This document shows, in pieces, positions 37,987 through 49,946 of a stretch of 64,000 nt of DNA (position 1 is its first letter; every line of letters begins with the position of its first letter). Under the pieces are notes generated by a model, which was given only the letters and a program-made list of their open reading frames with translations, was not told where the DNA came from and did no database searches. Position numbers and translations under genes: made by a program. Location of the stretch: assembly GCA_964106915.2 (NCBI GenBank), contig OZ066926.1. One strand, written 5' to 3'. The stretch comes from Podarcis gaigeae (lineage: Eukaryota).

Positions 37987-38601
37987 ATGGTCCCCCTGTG
38001 CTGGTGCTGCCCGCCAGCACCTGCACCAGCTGCGGCGGCCATGACGGGCACGGCCACAACCTCCTACCACTTCAAGAGTTTCTGTGGGGAGTTTGAGCGG
38101 GTGGAAAGCGCCCTGGAACGCCTCGAGGCCAGCGGCTTCTACTGGGGCAGCCTGTCTGGGGCCGAAGCCAAGCGCCTTTTGACCTCCCAGCCGCCCGGCG
38201 TCTTCCTCGTGCGAGATTCTTCCGACCACCACCACCTCTTCACCCTGAGCGTCCGCACCAACACGGGCATCACCAACCTGCGCATCCAGCAGCAGGGCTC
38301 AGCTTTCCACCTGGAGGCCTTGCCAGGCGCTGGCCACCCCCCGGCCTTCCACTGTGTGGTCCGGCTAGTAGAGCACTATCTGTGCCTGGGAGCAGTAGAA
38401 GGGGGCCCCTGCTACCTGGAGAGGGAGGGGCAGCCCCCAGTGCCTTTGGCCCTCACCCATCCTCTCTGCTGCAAAGTGCCCACCTTGCAAGAGCTGAGTC
38501 GCCGGGCAGTGCGTGCCAGTATGAGGGGCAGAGGCGATGCCAGGGCTCAGCTGCAGGGGCTGCCAGTACCGCAGGGACTCTTGAACTCGCTGTGCACCTG
38601 A
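37987..38601 (+). CDS. Suppressor of cytokine signalling 3-like protein (divergent SOCS3 paralogue), 204 aa, single coding exon
   Basis: KIR-like YHFKSF; ESS helix; SH2 with GFYWG, FLVRDSS, FTLSV, NLRIQ and FxCVxxLVxHY (SOCS3-type); PLxLxxPL; SOCS box TLQELSRRAV...LPVP. Acceptor TTCCTTTTCAG at 37935; Kozak GCAATGG. Confidence 0.92.
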   Translation: MVPLCWCCPPAPAPAAAAMTGTATTSYHFKSFCGEFERVESALERLEASGFYWGSLSGAEAKRLLTSQPPGVFLVRDSSDHHHLFTLSVRTNTGITNLRIQQQGSAFHLEALPGAGHPPAFHCVVRLVEHYLCLGAVEGGPCYLEREGQPPVPLALTHPLCCKVPTLQELSRRAVRASMRGRGDARAQLQGLPVPQGLLNSLCT

Positions 38602-38699
38602 AAGGCTCTTTTCCTTCCTAACATTCCTTGTACAGTACATAAGCAGGCCTGTCTGCACAGTGTATTGCTGGGGGCGCCTGTTTATCATTATATTTGTGG

Positions 38700-38705
38700 A
38701 ATAAA
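38700..38705 (+). terminator. Polyadenylation signal, SOCS3-like gene (first candidate)
   Basis: AATAAA ~100 nt after the stop codon. Confidence 0.55.
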
Positions 38706-40952
38706 CCAACTGGTATACTGGAGGGAGCCATCTCTTCATTCATCAAAAGCCTTCAAATTCATTCTGATGCTCTCAAGATGTCAAGTATCACCAGAAGCAG
38801 AGAAAACGAAAAAAGCTGCCTATTCCAGGGCCTGGGTGGGCTTGTAACACAAGCTCCCATCTCAAAAGCACATCCAGAGAAAGGTATAAAGAACTGCTTT
38901 TGGGAGGAGTTGCATCCTTGCAGGTTCACACTTGTAATCTTGATGGCCTAAGATGTAACTGTTGCCCTAGACCAGGTAAGAGTTCTCTTCTTCACCAGAA
39001 AGTCACTAGGAGATGCACTGCTCAGTGTTAAATGAGGGGTAGATGCAGTAATCTAGCAACAATCAGAAGTGTAGTAATTTTGTCAGAATAAACCAGTCTT
39101 CTAGGTGTGAGCAACCTCCGTTCCTTCAGATGTTGAACTAAAAGCCCCCTCATCCCTGACCACTTCTCATGCTTGTTGGGCTGATGGGAGTTGCAGGTCA
39201 GCCACATCTGAAGGGACAAAAGTTCCCCATACCTGTTTTAATGTGCCACAAGCCAAGGTTCTTAAAACGTTTAGCTAGAAATTGTGCACTATGCTACAAA
39301 TGAGAAGCCCTTGCTTCCCATAGTGTGTGGGGAAGGATGTGGGCATTCCATGACCAAGGAAAAGGCATTCTTTGTACAAACTGGTGTTGTTGCAAAGGGA
39401 TCCTTCTCCCACTCGCTTTTCATGTTTGACCACCACATCCCATTTTTCTACACGTGACACAAATCTTTCCAGTCACTGCCCTAAGGGCAGGTCATTACTG
39501 TAACTTGACAGGCCTCGAGAATGTTGACACAGGAAACTAGTTGTTGAGAGAACGACGTTTTGAGGCAAAAAGAAAGTACAAGCTCAGCTAATCTGATGCT
39601 GCATCTGGCGACTCTTTAGCTTGTGTATGTTTTCATAAACAGCCTGGTGTGTGCAAAGGCCATGTCACTGGGGAGCCTGGAAGAGCAGAGGGGGGCACAG
39701 ATCTGCAGCAGTGTTTAAAGAAAGCAGTGACTTCTAGTTTATTACTAGGGACTAGGCTATACCAGTGAGCATATATGCTCAACACTTGCCATGCACTCAA
39801 ACCCTGTACAAACCAGCAGGAACAACCTGCCATACCAGATGTGTTAAAGCTTTAAAACAAAAAAAGAAAATCATTTTAGACAAAGCTACCTTTGTCTAAA
39901 ACTGCACCTGACCAATTAATAATTGAAGTTAATTTTTGTATCCTGTGCTGTTCCAGTTTACCTGAACGTTAATTCGAGCCACCCTGCTCCCATTTAAATC
40001 AACTGCAGTCACAGGTTGTCTGATTTCAATCTTATTCTAGGGTTGTAGATTCTCATTTCTTGTTGGCAAGCCAAATCTCTTACTGGAAACTCTGGGAGTC
40101 CCTGCCAATTTGTCTCCAAGGCGAGGTGACTCAGAGCTTCAAGCTGCTCTGATAAAACTTGGAAGGCTAATTTAACTTCAACTTCTGTTTGCTTGGAAGT
40201 CTCCTTAAAAGCAATGAGACACAGCACACATGGGAGGTGTATGCAAAGTTGGCACCCAAAGCGCTCAATTATGCTCCCGGACCCCAAATCTCTCACTTTT
40301 CCACCTGCCATCTGTTCCTGTAGATTTGCCTCCGGGAAAGATCCCAACTTGTTTCCTGCCAATTTCTTTACTCATCGCTCACCTTTATGCTATTTTCAGC
40401 AGCGATCGTTTCCATCTACTGGAGATAAGGATTGCAATTCAGCTATACATATATGCATGCTAATTCCAGGAATAATCCCCCTTGAGTGTACAGAAAAACA
40501 AGGGGTAGTATTATGGGTCCAGGGAATGAATGACCCAGGCAGCCACTGGGAATGGCCTCTCCTCTAGATTTGTTTTGACTTTCCAAGGCAAGGGGGAGGG
40601 GGTTGGCAGAAGACAAAAAACAACTGCTCCTTGTTTTTGGACCCTTCTGTGTGCAATGGAGTCAACCATTTCATAGATGGAAAAGAGGCGTGTATATGTT
40701 AAGAGTACAGTATTGGCCTCAAATGCACTGTACCCTCCTCAGCCACACTCCACTACTAGCCCCATTCCCAACCAACAATTGGCTGCTGCTCCTTCCTATG
40801 CAGATGTCCTGTTTGCTAGGAACCAACCTCAACTGAGTTGCTCATTCGAACAGAGCGCCCCATGCGAGATCACTTGTTGCAGGTATTATCAGGTATTTTT
40901 GAGATGCACCCCCGACACTAGAAGGGCTACAATATTTTATCCACAAATATTT

Positions 40953-40958
40953 TTTATT
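40953..40958 (-). terminator. RPS9: RPS9 polyadenylation signal
   Basis: TTTATT on + (AATAAA on -), ~70 nt after the stop. Confidence 0.85.
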
Positions 40959-41029
40959 GTGTAATGTTACAGTTAAGGCAGGCTTGATTCCCCACCGGCA
41001 TGTGCGGGGGGGGGGGGGCACCCCACAGC

Positions 41030-41230
<201 letters not shown>

Positions 41231-42141
41231 TTACAGACGTTCCAGCTAAACCCGGCAGCATTCTTCTTAAGAACGGTTTTTCACAGAACTAGAAAGCTAA
41301 AGTGATTGACGGAAGAGAGCCAAGTGAGGAATCAAGTGATCACCCCCCAATTCCAGCACTCAGGGAGCTTAAAATTTAAAAGCTCAGCGTTTGGGAACAT
41401 GGACATTAACATCCTGCTCCTATTATCAAAGCCAGGGTTAACCTCAGCCCCTTCCTTAATTAACACTGCAATGAATTCCTAAACATGATACTCAGAACTA
41501 AGCCCCACCATTCAGTAGGCTTTTCTTACACATTAATAAGTGTTTTACAATACAACTCAATGCAACTATGCCCTCACAACTTCTTACTCGCAAACTGCTC
41601 ACAGAACAAAGGTTCAGAACCAACCAACAGGAAATGCTTGGGAGAAACTGACTCAAGTTTGACATTTACTGCTGCTGCCCTCAGTATACAATGGCAAGAT
41701 GAATGCCTGGTTATCCTGAAAACTGGGTGTAACAGCAGACAATTTGCTAACGAGGGATAACATTAACACTTTGTGCCAAGAAGGAGCAGAGTTGCTAGTT
41801 GTTACCTCTACTGCCCACACGCCAAGACCTTCGCAAGGTGTACGGCTGAGCCGCAGTGAACCTTGCCGAAATTGTTGGTGCTTTTGGCATACAGCCTCAT
41901 TAGGCAGACTGCAGGGCTTTTAGGTTATCCAGGGTTCCAGTCCATGGGAGGGATTGGTGGGGTAAAAAGACACACGGCTGGGACATGTCCACACATCTCC
42001 CTGCACAGGCCACACATAAGAGACATCAGATGCATTACTTCAGAGGTAGACCCTGTCTTTACAGCCCACAGCAACTCAGTCATTGCTTCTGGCTTCTGCT
42101 TAAGTGAAATGCCATTTCTAAACATACTCCAAGGCAACCTA

Positions 42142-42378
<237 letters not shown>

Positions 42379-43226
42379 CTAGAGAAGTGGGCACAAGATT
42401 CATGTATTTTGGTACGTCTTATGTGGCCATGTAAAAAGCATTCTCTATGAAATACTAATGACGGGTAGGGGAGAGAAGAGGAAGAAATGGCACCAAGTTG
42501 ACGACAGCATTTGAAACTCCCTTTGTTCTAGGCGCATTTTGCGACAGGGAATTTCATTAGTGTGAGCAGTTTCTGAGCTCTGGGTGCAGTACTGCGCCTA
42601 AGATTTCATATTAAAATTGCCACTGCTAGAAGGAAAAGAGGACCCTTTTCTGCCTCCCCACTTTCAGCCATTCTGAAGACTGGAGAAGGGACCCTCATAA
42701 GATTCTAGGGGTGGGCAGGGGAAGTATGGATTTGTTTTTTGCAGTCTTCAGATAAGGACCAGACCATGTGAAAACTGAATTTAAGATTTTACCTGCAGTT
42801 CATTCATTTTCAGCTTTGTATTCTTGTTATGAAAAAGTGAACCTAGAAACTATTGCAGCACCCATAACCTAGGTTTAAGGTGCCATTTAGCTCCTAGCTT
42901 TCACATCTCAGTTTCTAACACAGGTTGACACGTTTAGTTACATACTACTAAGCAGCACTATAGTATATTACATTGACCTTGAAATCACAGTTTAAATCCC
43001 AACTCAGCCACAAATGGTGGGCAGTCTTTGAGAAGAGAGTCACTCTCAGCCTTAGTCTCTGATCTGAAATATGGGACTGATTTAAAAGATTCTCAAGACA
43101 ATATATAAATATAATTACAGCAGGGAAAAAAGAACAATTCAACATAGGTAACTGATATTAATCCAATAGATATGGTCTATTCACTTAAATCTAACACAAG
43201 AAATAAGCACATCTGAAAGGCATTAA

Positions 43227-43227
<1 letters not shown>

Positions 43228-43294
<67 letters not shown>
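43228..43294. repeat. Compound (CA)n(GA)n microsatellite
   Basis: Direct read. Confidence 0.9.
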
Positions 43295-43295
<1 letters not shown>

Positions 43296-43488
43296 CCTGT
43301 ATCTAAGTAGTATTTACAATAATATCTATATAACACATTGAAATCTAAAACCAGATACCATCAACTAACCATTATGGAAAGATGTAAACATTACAACTGT
43401 CCATAACAGTAAGTTGATAATCTCTGGTTTTAAATTTAATAGGACCAGATCCAAGAAACTGGTAGGATTCATAAAGGAAGTGAACTCA

Positions 43489-43788
<300 letters not shown>

Positions 43789-43805
43789 TCATCCAGGATA
43801 AACTA

Positions 43806-43910
<105 letters not shown>

Positions 43911-45414
43911 CTAAAGGGAGTCCAGTCCTGTGGAGAAAAAAGTTGAGATCTATATAAGTGGCAGGCAGATGAAACAAGTGAAGCAAATGAAGTTTTGATA
44001 TATTTCACAGCTACTTCTCTGTATAATTTATTATTACAGTCTCTCATTTCATTTATACATTCATCCAAACCTATGACGTAGGCTAGGCCGGCTAGGAATT
44101 TCAAGTCTAATGTAAGCCTTTCCTACTTGTAAGGTCAATACTACCCAATGAACCACACCACCCAAACTGAGCTCAGGGTAAATTCAATACAAGTTTTGTT
44201 TTTTGGAATCTAGACTGACCCTTAACTGACACTACTGGACACCAGAGGGTCACAATTGTTCTTTGTAAATTTGTGTTGAAGCCCTTAAGGTGATATAAAT
44301 CATGTAAGTTTACCCATTTGAAAGGGGAGAATAGTTTGTTGAAGCAATATGCCACTTTGGACCACTTGCTATATCCAAAAGAAAGCAGCTACTTGCAGCC
44401 AGTCAGCATTTCAGTGCAGATACTGAATTACAGCAAGCAACTAAAGTACACTTTTTACAATAAACCAGCAAGGCCCTTTGGCCCCTTTTAAAGTCCTGTC
44501 CTGCACAAACTAAGCTAAGCAAGACCTGTAATATATGTGGCACAATTTACTGCTACTTCAGTATTTTAATATGGTCAATATTTTAATATGGATATAATTT
44601 GAGCAGGAAAAAAAAGTGTGTGATTCCATATAACAATGGTTAAGCCCAAACGCTCCCAACTGAGCAGGGAGGTATGAGAATTTGTGAAATGCTCAAAGAT
44701 GTTATGGACCATCAGCAAAATAATCTCAAAGAAAGGCACATTCCCTACTCCTCATATCAAGGATGATTTTGCATAAGCAGCATTCACCCACCCAGCCTCT
44801 GGGAAGGAAACATTTAACACTGAATCAACTCAAACTGACCAAAGTTTTGAAAACGATCCCACCAAAATTATAGAAAAAAGGGAGCACCTAGAAATAGCTG
44901 CTATTTTTTCAGCAACACGTGGGGTGACACCAAGTCAGAGAATTGCAGAGTTGGAAGGGACCAAGAGGATCATCTAGTAGGAATCTTTCTGGCCAACGTG
45001 ACACTTGTAAAATTCACAAGACAGAGAAGGCTAATTCCCCTTTAAAAAATAATTCAAATCACGTGAGACCGGCGGTTCGAGGGAGCGTGTTTAATCCCCA
45101 CCATCCACGAATCCCCCGAATAGGCCGAGCAGCACCGCGGCAGCAACCATGCGACACGTGTGATCTGCGCACGCGGGGCTGCCCTAGTTCTATAGCCCGC
45201 ACATGCGCATTGAGTGAGTGAGGCGGGGGCCGCGCGAATAAATCCTCCAACTCCCTGATTTAAAGTGGATTCGCAACCGCTAAGGCACTTCTAGCAGCTG
45301 GTTGCCGAGAACAATTTATTTGGAGTCACTTAAAACGTCCTTCTCGGCCACCGGGGCGCTTCTTATTCCCCGACACCGCGCCTCGGGTCGCCGTGAAACA
45401 AAACCTCCACTTAC

Positions 45415-45452
45415 CTTCCGACGCACTTGACGGCCACTACTAAAAGGAAGGG
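45415..45452 (-). other. RPS9: RPS9 non-coding exon 1 with 5' TOP tract
   Basis: Minus CTCCCTTCCTTTT (TCT/TOP initiator) and donor AAG|GTAAGT at 45414. Confidence 0.88.
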
Positions 45453-45585
45453 AGCGGCCTACGAAGGTTGCTTATATAACTCGTGCCATGCCCCGCCTAC
45501 CGTCTCCGCTAGCCAATAGCAAGGCGACGTCTTTCCTGCCTAACCTATTGGCGGAGGGCTGCTTCGCGGCGCGGTAACCAATTAG
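45453..45585 (-). promoter_or_regulatory. RPS9: RPS9 core promoter
   Basis: TATATAAG at 45478-45471; GC box 45491-45498; CCAAT/ATTGG at 45513, 45547 and 45578; CpG island. Confidence 0.8.
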
Positions 45586-46699
45586 CGCTTGCTCCAAGGA
45601 TGATAGAGAAGAAGACGTAGAGTGGTCGAGGGGAGGGTAGCACGTTGCATTAACGGTCCAGGAGTCGGCAGCGTCTGTGTGCCGAGTGGAGCCGCCATTG
45701 CTTTGTGGGGGTTGGAGCCCTAACAGAGGTATTCATTGGGGCCGGGGAGTTTCTCCCTCGTTGTCCGCGCCATCCCTGCCTGCGGTTTGAAGTTGGCTGA
45801 AGCGAATAAACAGGCGTCCCTGCTGCTTTCTGAAACCGACTGTCTCAACGGTTCCTTATAACGCCTCCCCCCCCCCGTGCCCTGAACCATAGAGATGCCA
45901 AAGAACCCACAATGCGTTTCCGCTCCCTTTTCGTTATAGAGATACACACAAAAAAAGTAGAGTCGAACATGTCTTCGCCGCTGTTTCTCACTTCCGGTCT
46001 TTAGACCCGGCGTTCTACTCTGTTTCTATCAAAAGAAACGCGTGGCCAGTGACGGCTTTTTCTGGTTGTGTGCGTGTGTAGTATAGGATGCGTGTCAGCT
46101 CTTAGTATTTTCTGTCTCCATGCTCTCACCCAGTAGTACCCTAGTATACAGCAACTATGGCCATTCAGTACCTTATGAGAGGCAGAGGGGGAAAGATGGT
46201 GCTTTAGTCACAGCCGCTCTGGCTATTGGGTGATGGCAAGAAGCGTGTGTGCAGCAAAAAGTGGCTAATTGATTTGGTAAATAATAAGGGGCGGGGCGGG
46301 GGGACATGGGCAGAGAAAGTGTTGGGAGCTCAGGCAGCTTCAGACATTTCTTTTTTTATAGAAAAAAACAATATTATACATCAGTTTACATAAACTTAAA
46401 CTATGGTATATTATACATACAATACATATATTACTTACCTACATACTCAGACATTTCTTTTCCCCGATTTGATGGGGGCAGAGATGGCATGCACTGCAGA
46501 GACCTGTGTGTGTGTGTGTGTGTGTAGTGGCCCATCTCTCTTTGCCCACCCAGGTACTCTGCAGAACCTGGCCAGGCCTGGTGAAGCAAGCAGAAAACTG
46601 CTTGGACCCATGCTTTCTTAGGCATGGGACAAGCGGAAGTGTGGAAGAGCCCTAAATGTCTTTGCGGAAAACTATTCCAGAGGGTCACTCCGCTGGGAA

Positions 46700-47050
46700 G
46701 TGGTTTGACCATAACTAGGTGATAATTCCAACCCCCACTAACATCCCGACCATCCTCCCCTAACCCTGAGACAAATATGAAATCCAGGGTGTGCCTTCGC
46801 TTCTGCATTAGATCAGTGACAAGCTGAGACAGCCCCATGGTTGTCATGAAAGCCATGAGGTTCAGTGCTGGGTCTTGGCATGGATGTTGAAGACCTTCAG
46901 AAACAAGGCCTTAGGGTTTTTCAGCACCACGCCCAAGACAAGCTCAGGCAGCAGAGCTGTTGGGCAGCAGGGTGCATGGTATACCAGTAGGAGGCCCCTG
47001 TATGTCTTCTAGCCTTATGCCAAATGCAGGCTCTCATCGCCTGACCAAGG
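46700..47050 (-). mobile_element. Degenerate L2/CR1-clade APE endonuclease fragment
   Basis: Minus translations LLLVY..., FNIH and MTTMGLSQLV...HTLDFIF resemble non-LTR endonuclease motifs. Confidence 0.65.
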
Positions 47051-48009
47051 ATAGAGGGGTTTCCTGGCGGGTCAAATGGTGCTTGTGTGAACTATTTATT
47101 TTATTTACATCCCACACCTTCCTCCCATGGTGGCAGCTCCCCAACAACAACCCTGTAGTCTGTCTTGAAGCTGCACACTCACCCAGATCTCAGTAATACG
47201 TGCCGGCACAACTTCCTTATCCATGATTTAATAGTAGATGGGGGAGATTTCATTTTAATGTGAACTGACCTGGTATTCACCAACAGCACCACCAGGCTAG
47301 AGGGCACAGTGGTTAGTCCACCAAGTGCCTGTGGCATGGGGAGGGAGTTTGAAAATCAGCAGTAGCTATCTTGGACCTCACCTCTCCACCATTAATTTAA
47401 AATACTTTATATTACAAAAATTACCGTATATATGGCTTGATTGTAGTAAAAACCTTTAAGCGATTTACAACAAATATGAAAATTATCAATAAAAACAGTT
47501 AAAACAATTAAAAACTTGTACAAATCATTAAAATTACAATAAAAGAAATTAAAATACATCAACGTCTAAGTGTCTGGCTCTGCTTGCCTATATTTACTTT
47601 CCTGTATTCTAATGTCCTTCAGTATTGCTGCTTCTGACAGTGGCAAACAGTAAAACGAACATGTTAGCAAGAAAATAATGAAGCATGTCATGAAGATAAT
47701 TATATATAAAGCAAGGCAGCAAAAAATATAAATCCTAAAAATGCCATTGCAACTTAAACGGCCTCGGAAAATGAAGCAGTTTTCATCTAGCATAAGAGAG
47801 ATCTAACTTTTCTAGATAGCTTGGGCACTGTACTTGTAGCATTGCTAACTTTGGAAGTAGACTACTGCAACAAGTTTTGTTTGGGGCTTCCCTTGTGTTT
47901 CCCAGCAACATGTGCAGAATGCAACGGCCTGGCTTCTGATAAAGGTTTCATATCAACAGCACAGAACCCCTCTCCTTAAGGATGTTTAGTGGCTGCCTAT
48001 ATACTACTG

Positions 48010-48375
48010 GGGGACGCAGGTGGCGCTGTGGGTTAAAGCCTCAGCGCCTAGGACTTGCCGATCGAAAGGTCGGCGGTTCGAATCCCTGCGGCGGGGTGCG
48101 CTCCCGCTGCTCGGTCCCAGCGCCTGCCAACCTAGCAGTTCGAAAGCACCTCCGGGTGCAAGTAGATAAATAGGGACCGCTTACTGGCGGGAAGGTAAAC
48201 GGCGTTTCCGTGTGCGGCTCTGGCTCGCCAGATGCAGCTTTGTCACACTGGCCACGTGACCCGGAAGTGTCTCCGGACAGCGCTGGCCCCTGGCCTCTTG
48301 AGTGAGATGGGCGCACAACCCCAGAGTCTGTCAAGACTCGCCCATACTGGCAGGGGTACCTTTACCTTTACCTTT
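48010..48375 (+). mobile_element. Sauria SINE (distinct subfamily)
   Basis: Head, B-box, (ACCTTT)n tail; TSD TATATACTACTGGGG. Confidence 0.9.
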
Positions 48376-49883
48376 ATATACTACTGGGGCCAAATTAAAA
48401 GTCTTACTGCTAGTTAGTTTATAAAGCCCTGAACAGTTTACTTGAGGGACCGCCTGTCTTCATATCTAACTGTCCAGGTTTTATGTTTGGCAGGAAAGGC
48501 AGTCTCTGCAAACAGAGGGCATTTTGTGTGAATGCACCTAGGTGGTAGAACTCCTTCCATCTGTACTTTTCTGCTTACACAGGGGCCTTATCTGTGCAAC
48601 CCATCAGTTATTGTATATCATTGCCCAGCTCAGCTGCTGGCTAAGTATTCTTATGCTATGTGTTATGTTTAGCACCTGGGCACTCTGTTCACTATGTGGT
48701 ATCTAAGCTGGTCAATCCTCCCCACTCACCTCAAGCCTCTTGGTTTGAAAAAAAAGAAAGAGATATGGTAAAGTTAAAAATTGAATTCCCCGAATGGTGG
48801 GGGGCAAGTACTCTTTGGTGAGAGAGCCCCAGGAGAGATTTTAAATCACAAAACAAGCAGCAAAGTAAAGCGTGGAAATATAGACTGACTTTTAAAATAC
48901 CCCAAGTTGCTTCTAAAGTTCCCCACTTTCCTTAGCTTGGAATGAGGCCACCAGATTGGTAAGCTAGAAATGGTTTACTTACAAACTCTTCAAAGGTCAG
49001 ATTCATGTGCTTTTCCATGCAGCAGCAAGAAAATACAGGCAGTACAGTAAAACATAGATTCCAAAATGGCTAGTGTTTCTAAATTATTTTTATAGAAACA
49101 TAAAGATGGCTTTATTAAGCCACATGGCTTGCAGCAACCAGCTTGGACCTCCTTACTAGTAGGGTTCACATGGTGCAATTGAGAAAACAAAGAGTTTGAT
49201 AACCTTTCCTCCCAAGGTGAGGTGGAGTGATCCAGCTAAACCTGGCAGAACAGCTTACTCTATGGTCTTAACCTCTTCATACATTAATCAGAGTTAAGCA
49301 TCTTGGTTATATGAGGCTGGATATCCCGCAAGGCTCTGGTTTCAAGCTCTGGTCTCCTCTCAAATCCATTTCTGTCTTGGGCTAGAATCAGTTTTGAAGA
49401 GAGTTGAAAATGGTCTTCCGTGTATGTGATATTTACACTGAAATTAAGATTTCTAATTGAACAAATGGGAGCTTGCATTTCAAGGCAAATAACAGATGCA
49501 CCCCCACCCCTGCCGCCACCTGCCACGCCTCTGATTTACTTTCTTTAATGCCTGAAATTGCTAATTGTATGAATGATGGCGTGTCTTGCTTGGCCCTGAA
49601 CGACACTGAGAATGCTTGTACATAACTATTTCCACATTAACGAATGCAAATACAGCAGAACATATGGAACTCAGGAAGCATGAGACATAAGGCACTAACC
49701 GCTTCATATTATTTTTTCTTTAAATGAATGATTAGGAATGCTTCACTAAGTATCAGACCTGGACAAATATATCTTAGGGATAGACACATTTGGATGCCTC
49801 TAAGAGGTAAATACAGTCAAAGAACAATATGGAGCAAGAACCACACATTGGATGACTAGGATTTTAACTTGTTCAATGTAAAG

Positions 49884-49885
49884 TT

Positions 49886-49942
<57 letters not shown>
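49884..49942. repeat. (TTTC)n microsatellite
   Basis: Direct read. Confidence 0.95.

Positions 49943-49946
<4 letters not shown>

Noticed and set aside
37987-38601. Assigning the symbol SOCS3 or SOCS1
   Set aside because: Too divergent from canonical SOCS3 (no MVTHSKF start, no PEST), and the SH2 motifs are SOCS3-type rather than SOCS1-type. Left without a symbol.
46920-46940. REST/RE1 site upstream of neuronal LMTK3
   Set aside because: Only the left half TTCAGCACC is present, the GGACAG half is absent, and it lies within an L2 remnant.
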